The notes under the pieces: model-generated | Told to the model about the DNA's origin: nothing | The model's database searches: none | What the model saw: the letters and a program-made list of their open reading frames with translations, nothing else | Assembly: GCA_038230595.1 (NCBI GenBank) | Contig: JBBRMY010000002.1 | Coordinates: 872 to 64,871, forward strand | Length of the DNA: 64,000 nt | Reading direction: 5' to 3' | From: Ignavibacteria bacterium | Lineage (GTDB): Bacteria > Bacteroidota > Ignavibacteria > Tepidaquicellales > Tepidaquicellaceae | Translations under genes and position numbers: made by a program | In this document: piece after piece, positions 44,332-55,225 of the stretch | How the letters are laid out: each line of letters begins with the position of its first letter | Position numbering within the stretch: position 1 is the stretch's first letter

Positions 44332-44545
44332 TTTAACTCCTTTTAATTTATTAATTAATTATTTTTTTATGGTGTAATAGAAGTTTAACCTCTTGTTAGA
44401 TTAAAGCCTAATAAACGTAACTTTTACAATATATAATATCAAATGAAATGAACGAGGCTTTTATTATCTTCAAATGTTTATATTGTCCATTCATTACTTT
44501 CCGACTTTAATCCATTTTAGAATTGTCCTTATTTTTCATTATTAT

Positions 44546-44917
44546 TTATAATTTTTTACAGCATCCGTGAAGCTTTTCATAAGCAGCAGGATCTGCCGGC
44601 TTCTCATTCGCGTCATACCCGGCTGCAGTAATTGCATTTTCTATTTCTGCAACTGAGATTTTGTCAGAATCATAAGTGATCTTCGCAGTTTTTTTTGCTT
44701 TATTAATTTTTACTTTTAGAATTCCATCGTGCTTGTTTAATGCTTTGGTGATGGTTACCACACAGATACTACACTGTAATGATGGAAGACTGATCGTAGT
44801 AGTTTTTGTCTTCTGAATCTCATTGGCTTTAGATGTATTAGGCATCAAAGCAGATACAGAAATGAATACAACAGATAAAAATAAAACTATGTAGCTTTTT
44901 ACTTTAATGTTTTTCAT
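44546..44917 (-). CDS. secreted heavy-metal-associated (HMA) domain protein
   Basis: Signal peptide, LQCSICVVTITKAL metal-binding CxxC in an HMA fold, and a C-terminal HGCCKKL. Confidence 0.7.
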   Translation of the reverse strand: MKNIKVKSYIVLFLSVVFISVSALMPNTSKANEIQKTKTTTISLPSLQCSICVVTITKALNKHDGILKVKINKAKKTAKITYDSDKISVAEIENAITAAGYDANEKPADPAAYEKLHGCCKKL

Positions 44918-45009
44918 TTTGCTTTTTTAATTTGATAAAAATAAATATTCTGTGCTCGTATTGTTTTGATCGTTAGAGCATTATTAATTCTGTTACTCTT
45001 TTTATTGTT

Positions 45010-46227
45010 TTATTTCCTGTCTTTGCCTGAACTTCGGGGGTAAAATATTACTAATATAATTATAAACAGAACACCGGATAAAACTGCACCTATCATAAAT
45101 TCTGAGTTCTTAAAATTAGAACCTGTAAATCCAGCAATCGGATATGCAAAAGCCCACCATAAATGCGACCAGGCAAAATGCGCTCCGTAAACTTTACCAT
45201 GCTCTTCTTTTTCAATATGCTCCGCTATTAATATTTGCGAAGGCATTTCAGCAAGTGTCTGCCCGAATCCCGCTATCAGCCATAGTATTAATAATGGAAT
45301 AAAGGTAACATAATTACCAAATGCTATTGCAATACACACCAGACCGCCACCGATCAATAAAGATGCCATTTTATTTTTCGACCTGTCTAAATTTCCGGAT
45401 GCAAATGCCGCTATTGCAGCGCCAATACCAAAGGCAGCCATAACATATCCGTACTCAGTATCATGGAGATTAAGCTGTCCTTTTATATACCCGATCGTGT
45501 TCACAAGTATTTGAGCTCCTGCTATAGCAGAAACAAATTCAACCAGTAAAGCAAATCTTATCGGCTTATTAGTAAATAAAAGCCGTGATCCTTTAAGAAC
45601 ATCTTTCCAAACTTTAGCTTTTATAACCTCACCTTTTCCCTTAGCGGCAATCAGAAGAGGTGGAAGTGATAAAATAAAAACTGCAGCTATTATAAATGAA
45701 GCTGCATCTACAAAAAATATTTGTCTTGAACCAAGCCATACTGCTGCGCCGCCCGCGAGCCCAGGCCCAAGAACTGCGAGAAGCTGATTTGTCGCATTTG
45801 ATAATGCAATGCCTGAGCTGTAATTCGCTTTATTTTTAATAGCCTGTGGAATTGCAGCTTTATAAGCAGGTGTGAAGAATGCATTAAATATGTTCAGAAC
45901 GAAAATTAAAATATAGATCTGCCATGTCTCAGTTACAAAAGGAAGACAGGCAACTATTCCCATTCTCACAAAGTGAGTAATGTACATTATCTTCTTTCTG
46001 TCAACTCTGTCTGCAATTACTCCTGCATAAGGTCCAAAAATAATAAATGCAGTAACCCGCAAAGTAAGCGCAGTTGCAAGTATTACGGCAGACTTTTCAG
46101 CACCCAGCTGAAATGCAAGCAATGCGATACCTACCCATGTAAATGCATCTCCTAAGAGACTTATCGTCTGTGATAAATAAAGCCTTAGAAATATTGTGTC
46201 ACGTAAAGAACTGAATGGATTCGGCAT
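45010..46227 (-). CDS. MFS transporter
   Basis: 12-TM hydrophobic profile with a GVIADRVDRKK loop motif. Confidence 0.75.
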   Translation of the reverse strand: MPNPFSSLRDTIFLRLYLSQTISLLGDAFTWVGIALLAFQLGAEKSAVILATALTLRVTAFIIFGPYAGVIADRVDRKKIMYITHFVRMGIVACLPFVTETWQIYILIFVLNIFNAFFTPAYKAAIPQAIKNKANYSSGIALSNATNQLLAVLGPGLAGGAAVWLGSRQIFFVDAASFIIAAVFILSLPPLLIAAKGKGEVIKAKVWKDVLKGSRLLFTNKPIRFALLVEFVSAIAGAQILVNTIGYIKGQLNLHDTEYGYVMAAFGIGAAIAAFASGNLDRSKNKMASLLIGGGLVCIAIAFGNYVTFIPLLILWLIAGFGQTLAEMPSQILIAEHIEKEEHGKVYGAHFAWSHLWWAFAYPIAGFTGSNFKNSEFMIGAVLSGVLFIIILVIFYPRSSGKDRK

Positions 46228-46236
46228 TAGTATAAT

Positions 46237-47151
46237 TTATTCTTTACAGAATTCATCGTGACATTTTTTGCTTTCTGTTTCAAGTGTTGCATGATGAATA
46301 TTTAAATGCTCCAGCTCATGCTTTAATTCAGCTTTCAATTTTGCGACCTGGGAATCATTAAGGTCATCTTCTGTTATTAAATGGGCAGTCATAGCATTTT
46401 TTGTAGTGCTCATAGCCCAGATATGAATGTGATGAATGCTTTTTATTCCTTCTGTACTTGTCATCTTTTCTTTGATCTTTTCCATTTCCACATTCGCAGG
46501 AACAGCATCTAATGTTAGCTTTAAGCTTTCTTTGAGAAGTGACCATGTGCTAAAGATAACTACTACCATAATAACTAAGCTGATAAGCGGATCTATCCAC
46601 GTTATACCGGTATACGAAATAATTATACCTGCAATAACTACTCCAACTGAAACAAGAGCATCAACTGCAAGATGCATATATGCACCTCTTGCATTTATTT
46701 CAGAATCTTTATCTTTAAAAAAGAAAAAAGCAGAAAGAGAATTGACTAATATTCCTACACCGGCAACAATTGCAATAATTCCGCCTTGTGTTGGTACTGG
46801 ATGCCAGAACCTTTGAAGAGCTTCCCATCCAATGCTTCCAACTGCAATTAAAAGTACAACTGCATTGATAAGTGAAGCGAGAATTGTAGTTTTGTTATAT
46901 CCGTATGTAAACTTTTCTGTTGACCTAGATTTTGCAAGGTGAAATGCAAACAAAGACAAGCCAAGACTTGCAACGTCGCTTAAATTATGTCCTGCATCTG
47001 AAAGCAATCCTACAGAATTATACCAGAAACCAAAGCCAAACTCTATTAGTACATATAAACTGTTTAGAATTATCCCGATCCAAAACGCAGTTGTAACTTT
47101 TGTAAGCTTTGGTGCGTGGCTATGATCATGATTTGAATGCTCTGATGACAT
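46237..47151 (-). CDS. czcD: cation diffusion facilitator (CzcD/ZitB-like)
   Basis: His-rich N-terminus SSEHSNHDHSH, LLSDAGHNLSD, HLAVDALVS, and a C-terminal HIHIW dimerisation domain. Confidence 0.85.
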   Translation of the reverse strand: MSSEHSNHDHSHAPKLTKVTTAFWIGIILNSLYVLIEFGFGFWYNSVGLLSDAGHNLSDVASLGLSLFAFHLAKSRSTEKFTYGYNKTTILASLINAVVLLIAVGSIGWEALQRFWHPVPTQGGIIAIVAGVGILVNSLSAFFFFKDKDSEINARGAYMHLAVDALVSVGVVIAGIIISYTGITWIDPLISLVIMVVVIFSTWSLLKESLKLTLDAVPANVEMEKIKEKMTSTEGIKSIHHIHIWAMSTTKNAMTAHLITEDDLNDSQVAKLKAELKHELEHLNIHHATLETESKKCHDEFCKE

Positions 47152-47197
47152 TTATTGTTTAATAATGAAAAGAATTTTTAAAAAGATTTTATTAATT

Positions 47198-47869
47198 TTA
47201 TTTCTGCCACTCTTTCATCTGCTTAATTTCTTCTTTTTGCTTTGCGATAATATCAGCAGCCATTTTTTTAATTTCATTATCTGAACCATTTTTTACTTCA
47301 ACATCTGACATGTCAATTGCGCCTTCATGATGCATTATCATCATTGAGAGAAAGTCTTTATCGGCATCACCAGACATTTTCATATCTGACATCATCCCTT
47401 TCATTGAACCCATTAGCTTCATACTATTATCGCCGCCGGCACTTTTTTTATCTTTATTTGCATCAAGCCATTTTTGCATAGCTTCAATTTCTCTTGCCTG
47501 ATCCTTAATAATATTCTCAGCCATTTTCTTTACTTTTTCATCTTTGCCTGTTATTATTTCATTCTTCGACATATCAATTGCGCTCTGATGATGAACTATC
47601 ATCATATTAACAAAATCAACATCCATATTACCCGCCATTTTCATCGCATGCATTTTATCCATCATTGAATTCATAGCATCCATTGAACTCATGCTGCTTT
47701 TCTTTTCTTCCATTTTGTTATCAGAAGACTTTGTTTTCTTAGTAGTATCTGCAGATGAAGTGTTTTTCATATCTGCATTCTCATTGCAGCCCATAAATAT
47801 TAAGACAGTAAAAAGAAGCATCATTAAAAAGGACCCTTTAAATATAAGAGCAAATTTATTTTTATTCAT
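47198..47869 (-). CDS. tandem DUF305 domain lipoprotein, Met-rich
   Basis: Lipobox MGCN. Two DUF305 cores (MIVHHQSAIDM, MIMHHEGAIDM) and Met-rich linkers (SSMSSMDAMNSMMDKMHAMKM). Confidence 0.75.
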   Translation of the reverse strand: MNKNKFALIFKGSFLMMLLFTVLIFMGCNENADMKNTSSADTTKKTKSSDNKMEEKKSSMSSMDAMNSMMDKMHAMKMAGNMDVDFVNMMIVHHQSAIDMSKNEIITGKDEKVKKMAENIIKDQAREIEAMQKWLDANKDKKSAGGDNSMKLMGSMKGMMSDMKMSGDADKDFLSMMIMHHEGAIDMSDVEVKNGSDNEIKKMAADIIAKQKEEIKQMKEWQK

Positions 47870-47899
47870 AATAGTTTTTTTATTATTTATTAAAATTTC

Positions 47900-48388
47900 T
47901 TATTTAAAGCTATCAGCCGGATAAATTCCTTTTATCATATCTAAATGACCTGAGAATATATCGTATTGAGCTTTTGTATTTTTATAATCATTTGCATCTC
48001 CATATTTGTCTAAAAGATCTGCAGTTTTGGAAACTTCAGTGACATGAGTATTCAGCATTGCAACTTTATCATTTCCTAATCCCGCAGACATTCCCGGCAA
48101 ACTTTTAACAAGATCTCTGATGGAAAATGCTATTTCATGAACTCCGTCTAATTTTTTTGATTCTACAGTTTTATTCAATTCTGTATTTTTTGCCATAATA
48201 GCATCCCATACCTTTGCGATCTTCGGAGCGGAAGCTGTTGGAGTTGTTGTAGTAGTAGTGGTTGTTGTAGTTTTATCATCTTTCTTTACAGTTACATCTT
48301 CTTTTTTGTCTCCGCATCCTGCGAATAAAAAAGCCAGTACAAATAAATTTACAAGCGCTACAGAGCTAAATTTTGTTACGTTTTTCAT
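47900..48388 (-). CDS. hypothetical lipoprotein (Thr9 linker plus helical domain)
   Basis: Lipobox FAGCGD, a TTTTTTTTT linker and a predicted helical C-domain. No family recognised. Confidence 0.5.
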   Translation of the reverse strand: MKNVTKFSSVALVNLFVLAFLFAGCGDKKEDVTVKKDDKTTTTTTTTTTPTASAPKIAKVWDAIMAKNTELNKTVESKKLDGVHEIAFSIRDLVKSLPGMSAGLGNDKVAMLNTHVTEVSKTADLLDKYGDANDYKNTKAQYDIFSGHLDMIKGIYPADSFK

Positions 48389-48448
48389 TTCAGTTTCCTT
48401 TCAGTTTAGTTTAGTTTTTTGTTTACTACAGTTTTTAATAATTTTTTC

Positions 48449-51400
48449 TTAAGCTTTTACGACTGGTGTTTCTGCTTCAAGAACAAAATCTTTTTTATTG
48501 CTTTCTGCCATGTATTTATCGACAGCTTTTTTACCGAACTTATAAAATACAGTTGGAGTGACTACCATATCAAGAATAGTAGAGCTGATAAGTCCGCCGA
48601 AAATAACGACTGCTACAGGAAATAATATCTCCTTGCCTGATTCACCTGCAGACAGGATAAGCGGAACAAGCCCTAAACCGGCGACTGATGCTGTCATTAA
48701 AACAGGGACAAGTCTTTCAAGTGAACCCCGGATTATCATCTCCTTGTTAAAAGTTTCTCCTTCTTCTTTTATTAAATGGATGTAGTGGGAGATCCTCATA
48801 ATTCCATTCCTAGATGCAATCCCTGTCAAAGTTACAAAACCAACTAAAGAAGCAATAGACAATATACCTCCTGTCATATAAATCGCTATTACACTCCCTA
48901 TCAGAGCAAGCGGAATATTCAGTAAAATCTGTGTAACTATCATTGCTGATTTAAAGTGCATATATAATACAAGGAATATTGCAGCAAAAGAAAATAAGCT
49001 TAAGATCAGAATTAATCTTGAAGCAGACCTTTGTGCTTCAAACTGGCCGCCATAGGTTACAAAATATCCTGCAGGAAGCTTTACATCGGCTCCGATCTTT
49101 TGCTGTACTTCTTCAACAACTGAACCAAGATCTCTGCCGGACACATTTGCCTGAATAACAATTCTTCTTTTAACATTTTCCCGATTAATAATATTCGGTC
49201 CTTTATCAACCAATACATCAGCTACTGCAGAGAGAGGAACTTTTGCTCCGGTCGGAGTATCTATAAGAGAATTTTTTATCTGGTCAATATCATTTTTAAA
49301 TCTATCATCGAACCTGACAACAAGGTCATAAGATTTCTGATCATCTAATATCTCAGAAACAACTTCTCCATTATATGCTGTTTCCAAAATTTTAGTTATA
49401 TCACCTGAATTTAGTCCGTATTTACCGGCTTCAAGTCTTTTAATTTTTATTCTGACCTGAGGGATCAATACCTGCTTCTCAACCTGAAGATCAACAATTC
49501 CATTTACTTTTTTCATAGACTCCTGAATCTGAGCAGCATAACTTCTCAACTGGCTAAGATCATCTCCGAAAAGCTTTACAGCAATCTGCGCCTGAACACC
49601 TGACAGCAGGTGATCTAATCTATGAGAGATCGGCTGCCCTACTGAAACATTGACGCCCGGTATAACAGCAAGCTTATCTCTGATCTCATCTAAAACAATT
49701 TCTTTGGACCTGTCACTCTTTTTTAATTCAACTTCGATCTCAGTGGAATGAACTCCTTCAGCATGCTCATCTAACTCTGCGCGCCCCGTACGTCTTCCGG
49801 TTGAAATAACTTCAGGCACTTTCAAAATAAGCTTTTCTGCAATTGTTCCTATTCTGTTTGATTCTGTCAGAGAAGTTCCGGGTGTTGAAACTATATTTAT
49901 TGTAAGCGCACCTTCATTAAAAGGAGGAAGGAACTCTGAGCCCATAAATATAATAGAAACTATTGAAGTTACTACAAGGACTGCGCTTATCGTTATTACA
50001 GTACGCGGATAATATAAGACCTTATTCAGTACTTTCACATTCTGTTTTTTCAGCCATCGTACGAGAAAACTTTCCTTTTCAATTAATTTTGCTTTTGGCA
50101 ATAGATAAGAGCACAGAACCGGAGTTACTGTCAGTGAAACAACTAATGAAGCTAATATTGAAATTATATAAGAGATACCAAGAGGAGCAAAGATCTTCCC
50201 TTCTATACCGCTTAGACTGAACAATGGAATAAAAACCAATACCACAATAATAGTAGCATATACAATTGAATTTCTGACTTCGCTGGACGCATTATATATT
50301 ACTTTCAGAGTGTTTTCAGGTTCAGCCTTTAATCTGTTCTCTTTTAATCTTCTGAAAACATTTTCAACATCAACAATAGCATCATCAACTAATTCTCCGA
50401 TCGCAACAGCAAGCCCGCCAAGCGTCATAGTATTTACGCCTATTCCAAAAAAATGAAATACTAACGCAGTTATAACAAATGAGAGTGGAATTGCAGTAAG
50501 CGTTATAAAGGTAGTTCTGAAATTCAGCAGGAATAAAAACAGAACTATAGTAACCAGTATCCCCCCGTCTCTTAAAGCATCTTCTACATTCTTTATTGAT
50601 GTTTGTATGAAATTTGATTGCTTAAATACTTCCTTGTTTACAACAACTCCGGGTGGAAGTGTTTTTTGTATTTCATCAACTGCCTTATCGATCTCTTTGG
50701 TAAGCTCAACAGTATTTGCATTCGGCTGCTTTTCAATAGCCATAAGCACTGCAGGCTTTCCGTTTAAGCCTCCGTCACCTCTTTTAATAGGTGGACCTAT
50801 TTTAACATTTGCAACCTGCTTAAGATATACAGGAATATTTTCCCTATATACAACTATGGAATTTGCAATCTCATCGATAGAAGCAGTACGGCCAATATTA
50901 CGCAAGAGATATTCCTGATTGGACTTTTCAGTGAATCCACCTGTTGAGTTAGAATTCGAAGAACCAATTGCGTCTTCGACTTCTTTCACTGATATCTTAA
51001 AATCCTTAAGCTTGTTCGGATCGATCAACACCTGATACTGCTTTACATCTCCACCGATATTTATAACCTGAGACACTCCGGTTATCGTCAGAAGTCTTGG
51101 TCTTATAGTCCAGTCTGCAATTGTCCTGATATCCATTTTTGAAGTAGAATCAGTTGCGCTGATACCAACTAATTGAATCTGTCCCATTACTGAAGAAATC
51201 GGACCCATTACAGGGGTAACATCTTTAGGCAGCTTTTCCTTAACAAGCTGAAGCTTTTCAGAAACCGTCTGACGCGCAATCAATATATCTGTTCCCCAGT
51301 CGAATTCTACGAAAACAATTGACAAGCTTACACCTGAATTAGATCTGACTTGCTGTACACCAGTGGCTCCATTTAGGGCACTTTCTATAGGGAGCGTTAT

Positions 51401-51592
51401 CAATACCTCTACTTCTTCAGGTGATAAACCGTGAGCTTCTGTCATTACAGTTACTCTCGGCCTGTTAAGATCAGGCAGAACATCAATTGGAAGAGTTAAG
51501 ATCGTTCTCACTCCATAGATCAGCAGAAAAGCTGCGGCAGCTATGACGAGTAATCTGTTCTTCAGAGAAAAACTTATGATCTTATTCAGCAT
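48449..51592 (-). CDS. cusA: CusA/CzcA family heavy-metal efflux RND transporter
   Basis: 1047 aa, 12-TM RND architecture, with HME-type conserved segments (GELVDDAIVDVEN, GIASRNGI). Confidence 0.9.
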   Translation of the reverse strand: MLNKIISFSLKNRLLVIAAAAFLLIYGVRTILTLPIDVLPDLNRPRVTVMTEAHGLSPEEVEVLITLPIESALNGATGVQQVRSNSGVSLSIVFVEFDWGTDILIARQTVSEKLQLVKEKLPKDVTPVMGPISSVMGQIQLVGISATDSTSKMDIRTIADWTIRPRLLTITGVSQVINIGGDVKQYQVLIDPNKLKDFKISVKEVEDAIGSSNSNSTGGFTEKSNQEYLLRNIGRTASIDEIANSIVVYRENIPVYLKQVANVKIGPPIKRGDGGLNGKPAVLMAIEKQPNANTVELTKEIDKAVDEIQKTLPPGVVVNKEVFKQSNFIQTSIKNVEDALRDGGILVTIVLFLFLLNFRTTFITLTAIPLSFVITALVFHFFGIGVNTMTLGGLAVAIGELVDDAIVDVENVFRRLKENRLKAEPENTLKVIYNASSEVRNSIVYATIIVVLVFIPLFSLSGIEGKIFAPLGISYIISILASLVVSLTVTPVLCSYLLPKAKLIEKESFLVRWLKKQNVKVLNKVLYYPRTVITISAVLVVTSIVSIIFMGSEFLPPFNEGALTINIVSTPGTSLTESNRIGTIAEKLILKVPEVISTGRRTGRAELDEHAEGVHSTEIEVELKKSDRSKEIVLDEIRDKLAVIPGVNVSVGQPISHRLDHLLSGVQAQIAVKLFGDDLSQLRSYAAQIQESMKKVNGIVDLQVEKQVLIPQVRIKIKRLEAGKYGLNSGDITKILETAYNGEVVSEILDDQKSYDLVVRFDDRFKNDIDQIKNSLIDTPTGAKVPLSAVADVLVDKGPNIINRENVKRRIVIQANVSGRDLGSVVEEVQQKIGADVKLPAGYFVTYGGQFEAQRSASRLILILSLFSFAAIFLVLYMHFKSAMIVTQILLNIPLALIGSVIAIYMTGGILSIASLVGFVTLTGIASRNGIMRISHYIHLIKEEGETFNKEMIIRGSLERLVPVLMTASVAGLGLVPLILSAGESGKEILFPVAVVIFGGLISSTILDMVVTPTVFYKFGKKAVDKYMAESNKKDFVLEAETPVVKA

Positions 51593-51725
51593 AATTCATT
51601 ATAATTAGCATTGTCAATATATATTTAAAAAACTTCAAATTTATTGCGTATACCATTTTTTGCTCTATGTTATTTTAAAATTACTCGTCGTGCCCAATTT
51701 ACTTTGAATTCCATATTTTGTAAAT

Positions 51726-51950
51726 TTATGCTTTAAGCTCTGATATAGTATAGCCTGAATCCTTCAATGTATCCTGCAGAGTATTTAAAGCAATCTTTTG
51801 AGATGATGTGATTTCAGCCTGCTTGGTTGCCCGATCAATTTTTACCGCGGTTACTCCCAAAACAGATGACAATATATACTTAACAGTTGAAACACATCCG
51901 CCGCAGCTCATACCACCTACTTGGTAGGTATGAATATTTAAATTTTCCAT
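51726..51950 (-). CDS. copZ: heavy-metal-associated domain protein (CopZ-like)
   Basis: 74 aa with the GMSCGGCVSTV motif. Confidence 0.8.
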   Translation of the reverse strand: MENLNIHTYQVGGMSCGGCVSTVKYILSSVLGVTAVKIDRATKQAEITSSQKIALNTLQDTLKDSGYTISELKA

Positions 51951-52050
51951 TAATTTTAATTTAAATTTTTAAATGTAATTTATTTGTTGAACTATTTATA
52001 AAAAAAAGAATATCTATTCCCATTTTTGATATTTCTGTCCGTTTAATAAA

Positions 52051-52542
52051 TTATTTACTATCCAACTCTTTTAATTTGGCTTTCATAAAATCAATTTCTT
52101 TTTGCTGCGATGAAATGATATCATCCCCTAATTTTTTTATTTCCGGATCGTTTAGTTTAGTCTCCTTAACCATAAGTATAGCTGCTCCATGATGCGGGAT
52201 CATTGATTTTAAAAATTGTTTATCAGAAACTCCAGATTGGTTTCTTATGAAAAGAAAGCATGCAACCAGAACTATTGCACTCACCGATATAATAATAGCA
52301 TTTATTTTTTTGTTCATATACATACTGCCCATTATTAAAATTTCAATTATTATCATTGGCGCTGTCATAAGCCCGGCCATATAAAATTGATTAATATTAG
52401 GTACAACATTCGCAAAAACATCTACCATGGAATACATAAGGATGAACATGGCAATGTATGAGATCCCCGCCATCAATGCTAACTTTTTGTACATGGACAT
52501 CATCGGATGATCCATTTTTTTATTCATATTTTGCATTTTCAT
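52051..52542 (-). CDS. membrane-anchored DUF305 protein, Met-rich N-terminus
   Basis: MQNMNKKMDHPMMSM, 3 TM helices, then the MIPHHGAAILM DUF305 core. Confidence 0.65.
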   Translation of the reverse strand: MKMQNMNKKMDHPMMSMYKKLALMAGISYIAMFILMYSMVDVFANVVPNINQFYMAGLMTAPMIIIEILIMGSMYMNKKINAIIISVSAIVLVACFLFIRNQSGVSDKQFLKSMIPHHGAAILMVKETKLNDPEIKKLGDDIISSQQKEIDFMKAKLKELDSK

Positions 52543-52578
52543 TATTCTTATGATTTATAATTAAAAATTATTTAATAT

Positions 52579-53343
52579 TTACTTCATTTTTATCCACTCG
52601 AAGTCGGGTTGGAAAACCAGCTGCCATTTGAAATCTTTACTTTCACTTACTGGTGCCTGTATCGCAACACCAAGGATCAGAGTCTTGCTTATCTTTACTT
52701 TTAATCCGCCAAGCAGACTTACAACGGGTAATTCACCTTGCACAGCTTTTCCAAAAATTTCAACAACAGAGAAAAATATTTTTCCTGCCCTTAATACAAA
52801 AGAACCGTTATATTCATACTCTTCTTCGCGCGGATTAAAATGAAGCGCCTGATTGATCGCATAGTTTGAATTTGCTAAAGCTGATGTGAAACCAACTAAA
52901 GTGTTAGTATGCCTGTCACCCCCTGACTTAGTGGGAAATTCAAATTCGATCAGAGGTGAAAATCCGCTCATGCCATCCTTGCTTCTTATTGCTGCGAACT
53001 GAAACATAACCTCTGAATGCTGGTTATTCAAAGCGCCATCATTCCTTATATGCAATCCGATGAAATTTGTTAAACCAGTTTCAAAATGGAAAGCAAAATC
53101 ACCTTCCTTTTTGTCTTCGGTATTCGTAAGCAAGCCTGAGACGCGAAGACTGTAAACACCCACAGCTTCCGGCACTCCCATATGTGAAAAGAAAGGATGG
53201 GCTACTTCATCCATATTTTCACTCATCTTTACATCTTTCTTCATATTCATTGGTTCATTTGTCTGAGATGAAGCTGTAATACTTGTAAATACTAAAATAA
53301 GAAGCATTATTACTTTTTTCATAATATTTTTTTTAAACTGCAT
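52579..53343 (-). CDS. hypothetical secreted protein (possible outer-membrane beta-barrel)
   Basis: Signal peptide, HPFFSHMGVPE motif, alternating beta-strand-like pattern, aromatic C-terminal region. No family recognised. Confidence 0.5.
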   Translation of the reverse strand: MQFKKNIMKKVIMLLILVFTSITASSQTNEPMNMKKDVKMSENMDEVAHPFFSHMGVPEAVGVYSLRVSGLLTNTEDKKEGDFAFHFETGLTNFIGLHIRNDGALNNQHSEVMFQFAAIRSKDGMSGFSPLIEFEFPTKSGGDRHTNTLVGFTSALANSNYAINQALHFNPREEEYEYNGSFVLRAGKIFFSVVEIFGKAVQGELPVVSLLGGLKVKISKTLILGVAIQAPVSESKDFKWQLVFQPDFEWIKMK

Positions 53344-53529
53344 TGGTAAAATATTCTTACTGTTACTTTTACTCTTGCTATGCTTCTTAATAGCTATTTA
53401 ATCTCTTCCTCCTATGTTTTCTAATTCAGTTTAAATTTTTATTTTTTTTACTTTTATGCTTTATGATCAGTGGCGCATTCCGCTGGCTTTTTAAAGACGG
53501 TTACTACAATTTATTTTTTATCTATCAGA

Positions 53530-54669
53530 TCATTTTACGCTTGCCCGAAGCTGGTTATTTCCGACAGTTACAACTCTTGCCCCTGACTTAACTCCGCTTA
53601 ATATCTCGACATATTTTCCATCAGTTTTTCCCTGCACTACTTCGACACCTTTAAAAGTTTGTCCTTTAGTATGAACAAAAACAACATTCTTACCGCCAAT
53701 ATCTACAATAGATTCTTTTGGGACTGTCAGTACAAAAGAATTGTTATCTGAGCTAATATTAATATTAATATTTGCGAACATACCAACTTTCAACATTCGG
53801 TTCTGATTCTGAACTGCAAAAATTACTTTTACAGTTCTTGTCACATCATCGACAACACTTCCCACATTAATAAGGCTGGCATCGAAATACTCTCCCGGAT
53901 AAGCCTGAAGTGTAACGACTGCATGAGAAATATTCTGAAGATTAGCTACATCTGTTTCGTATATCTCGGCTTCAACCCAAAGAGTATTTGTGTTAATGAT
54001 CGTGAATAATTTTTTGGTTGTTTCTACCTGCTCTCCGAGGGAAACATTTGTTTCAGTAATGATCCCGGAGACCGGTGATTTTATTGCGAATACATTATTA
54101 AGACTGCTTTTACCTGCTAATACTGATTCATAATAACTCAATATTTTCTGCGTAGAATTAAGCCTGATCTGTGCTGATAGTATTTCTTTTTGAGCAACCA
54201 CTCCTTCGAGATCGGAAAGACGCTCATAATCTTTTTTTGCCTGCACATAGTCTGCTTCTGCTTTATATTTTTCAGCAGCAATATTAAGCTTGCTTTGAAT
54301 ATCAAGAGTCTGCTGAATTTTCAATAAAGTAGTTCCTGCGGTAACAAATGTTCCTACAGCAGGAATAGAGCTTTGCTCGATCTTTCCCGGTAATGGACTG
54401 AAGATCTCAGCTTTACCGTTGGTTGATGGAACTATCTTACCTGTAGAATTGATCGTAAAGTTCAGCTTCCTGTCTATTGCTACCTCAGTCGATATACCAA
54501 GAATGAACTGAGTCTGCTTTGATATAAAGAATGGATCTCCGAGCGGCGCGCCGTTATTTGACGGAGGAGCATCATCGTGTCCTTCATGTCCCTGCGAATC
54601 ATTATTTAAGATCATTATTGATACTGTAATAATAATGACTGCCAGTATAGAAATTATCTTTTTTTTCAT
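53530..54669 (-). CDS. cusB: efflux RND periplasmic adaptor subunit (CusB/CzcB-like)
   Basis: HEGHDD N-terminal metal-binding-like stretch. Lipoyl/hairpin/beta-barrel layout with a VVTVGNNQL terminus. Confidence 0.8.
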   Translation of the reverse strand: MKKKIISILAVIIITVSIMILNNDSQGHEGHDDAPPSNNGAPLGDPFFISKQTQFILGISTEVAIDRKLNFTINSTGKIVPSTNGKAEIFSPLPGKIEQSSIPAVGTFVTAGTTLLKIQQTLDIQSKLNIAAEKYKAEADYVQAKKDYERLSDLEGVVAQKEILSAQIRLNSTQKILSYYESVLAGKSSLNNVFAIKSPVSGIITETNVSLGEQVETTKKLFTIINTNTLWVEAEIYETDVANLQNISHAVVTLQAYPGEYFDASLINVGSVVDDVTRTVKVIFAVQNQNRMLKVGMFANININISSDNNSFVLTVPKESIVDIGGKNVVFVHTKGQTFKGVEVVQGKTDGKYVEILSGVKSGARVVTVGNNQLRASVK

Positions 54670-55223
54670 AATTCGAAATCCTTTTTACTTTTTAAAGAAG
54701 ATCTGTTATTAAAGCCTATGCGATAAAACAAAAATGCGATAACGAGAAGCAGAATAGTAATAATTATTATCGCCGTAAGATTATCATGAATGACTGTCAG
54801 AAATGAGCGGGATACTGTTGTAGTTTTAACTTCCTCTTTTTGAGCAATGTCTACATCGTTAATTGCGATCAGATCATTTCCGGATGCGCTTTTAATATCA
54901 ACAAGAAAATTATATTTTTTAAATTCAGGGAATTCAACAAATGCTTCATAAATACCTGCATCCGGAGTCGGCTGAACTTTTATTTTTGAATTATCGACTC
55001 CCTGAATATCCAGACCAATTTTTGCGTTTTCTATGGGTATATTGGTTTTAAAATCAGAAAGATAGATCGTCAGCTTTGTTTCTTTTTTTGCAGCAATATC
55101 ATTGTATGAGATGACAATTTCAAATGCGCCTGTTGAGCCTTCGACATAAGGAGACTGAGCATTGGTTATGTTCACAACAAAAAATAAAAGTAATATAACG
55201 CTTAATATAATTCTCTTTCTCAT
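54666..55223 (-). CDS. hypothetical secreted Ig-like (FixH/YtkA-like?) protein with C-terminal TM anchor
   Basis: Signal peptide, beta-sandwich-like segment (KLTIYLSDFKTNIPIENAKIGLDIQG), TM helix AIIIITILLLVIAFLF. 4 nt overlaps on both sides. Family assignment is inferential. Confidence 0.45.
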   Translation of the reverse strand: MRKRIILSVILLLFFVVNITNAQSPYVEGSTGAFEIVISYNDIAAKKETKLTIYLSDFKTNIPIENAKIGLDIQGVDNSKIKVQPTPDAGIYEAFVEFPEFKKYNFLVDIKSASGNDLIAINDVDIAQKEEVKTTTVSRSFLTVIHDNLTAIIIITILLLVIAFLFYRIGFNNRSSLKSKKDFEL

Positions 55224-55225
55224 AA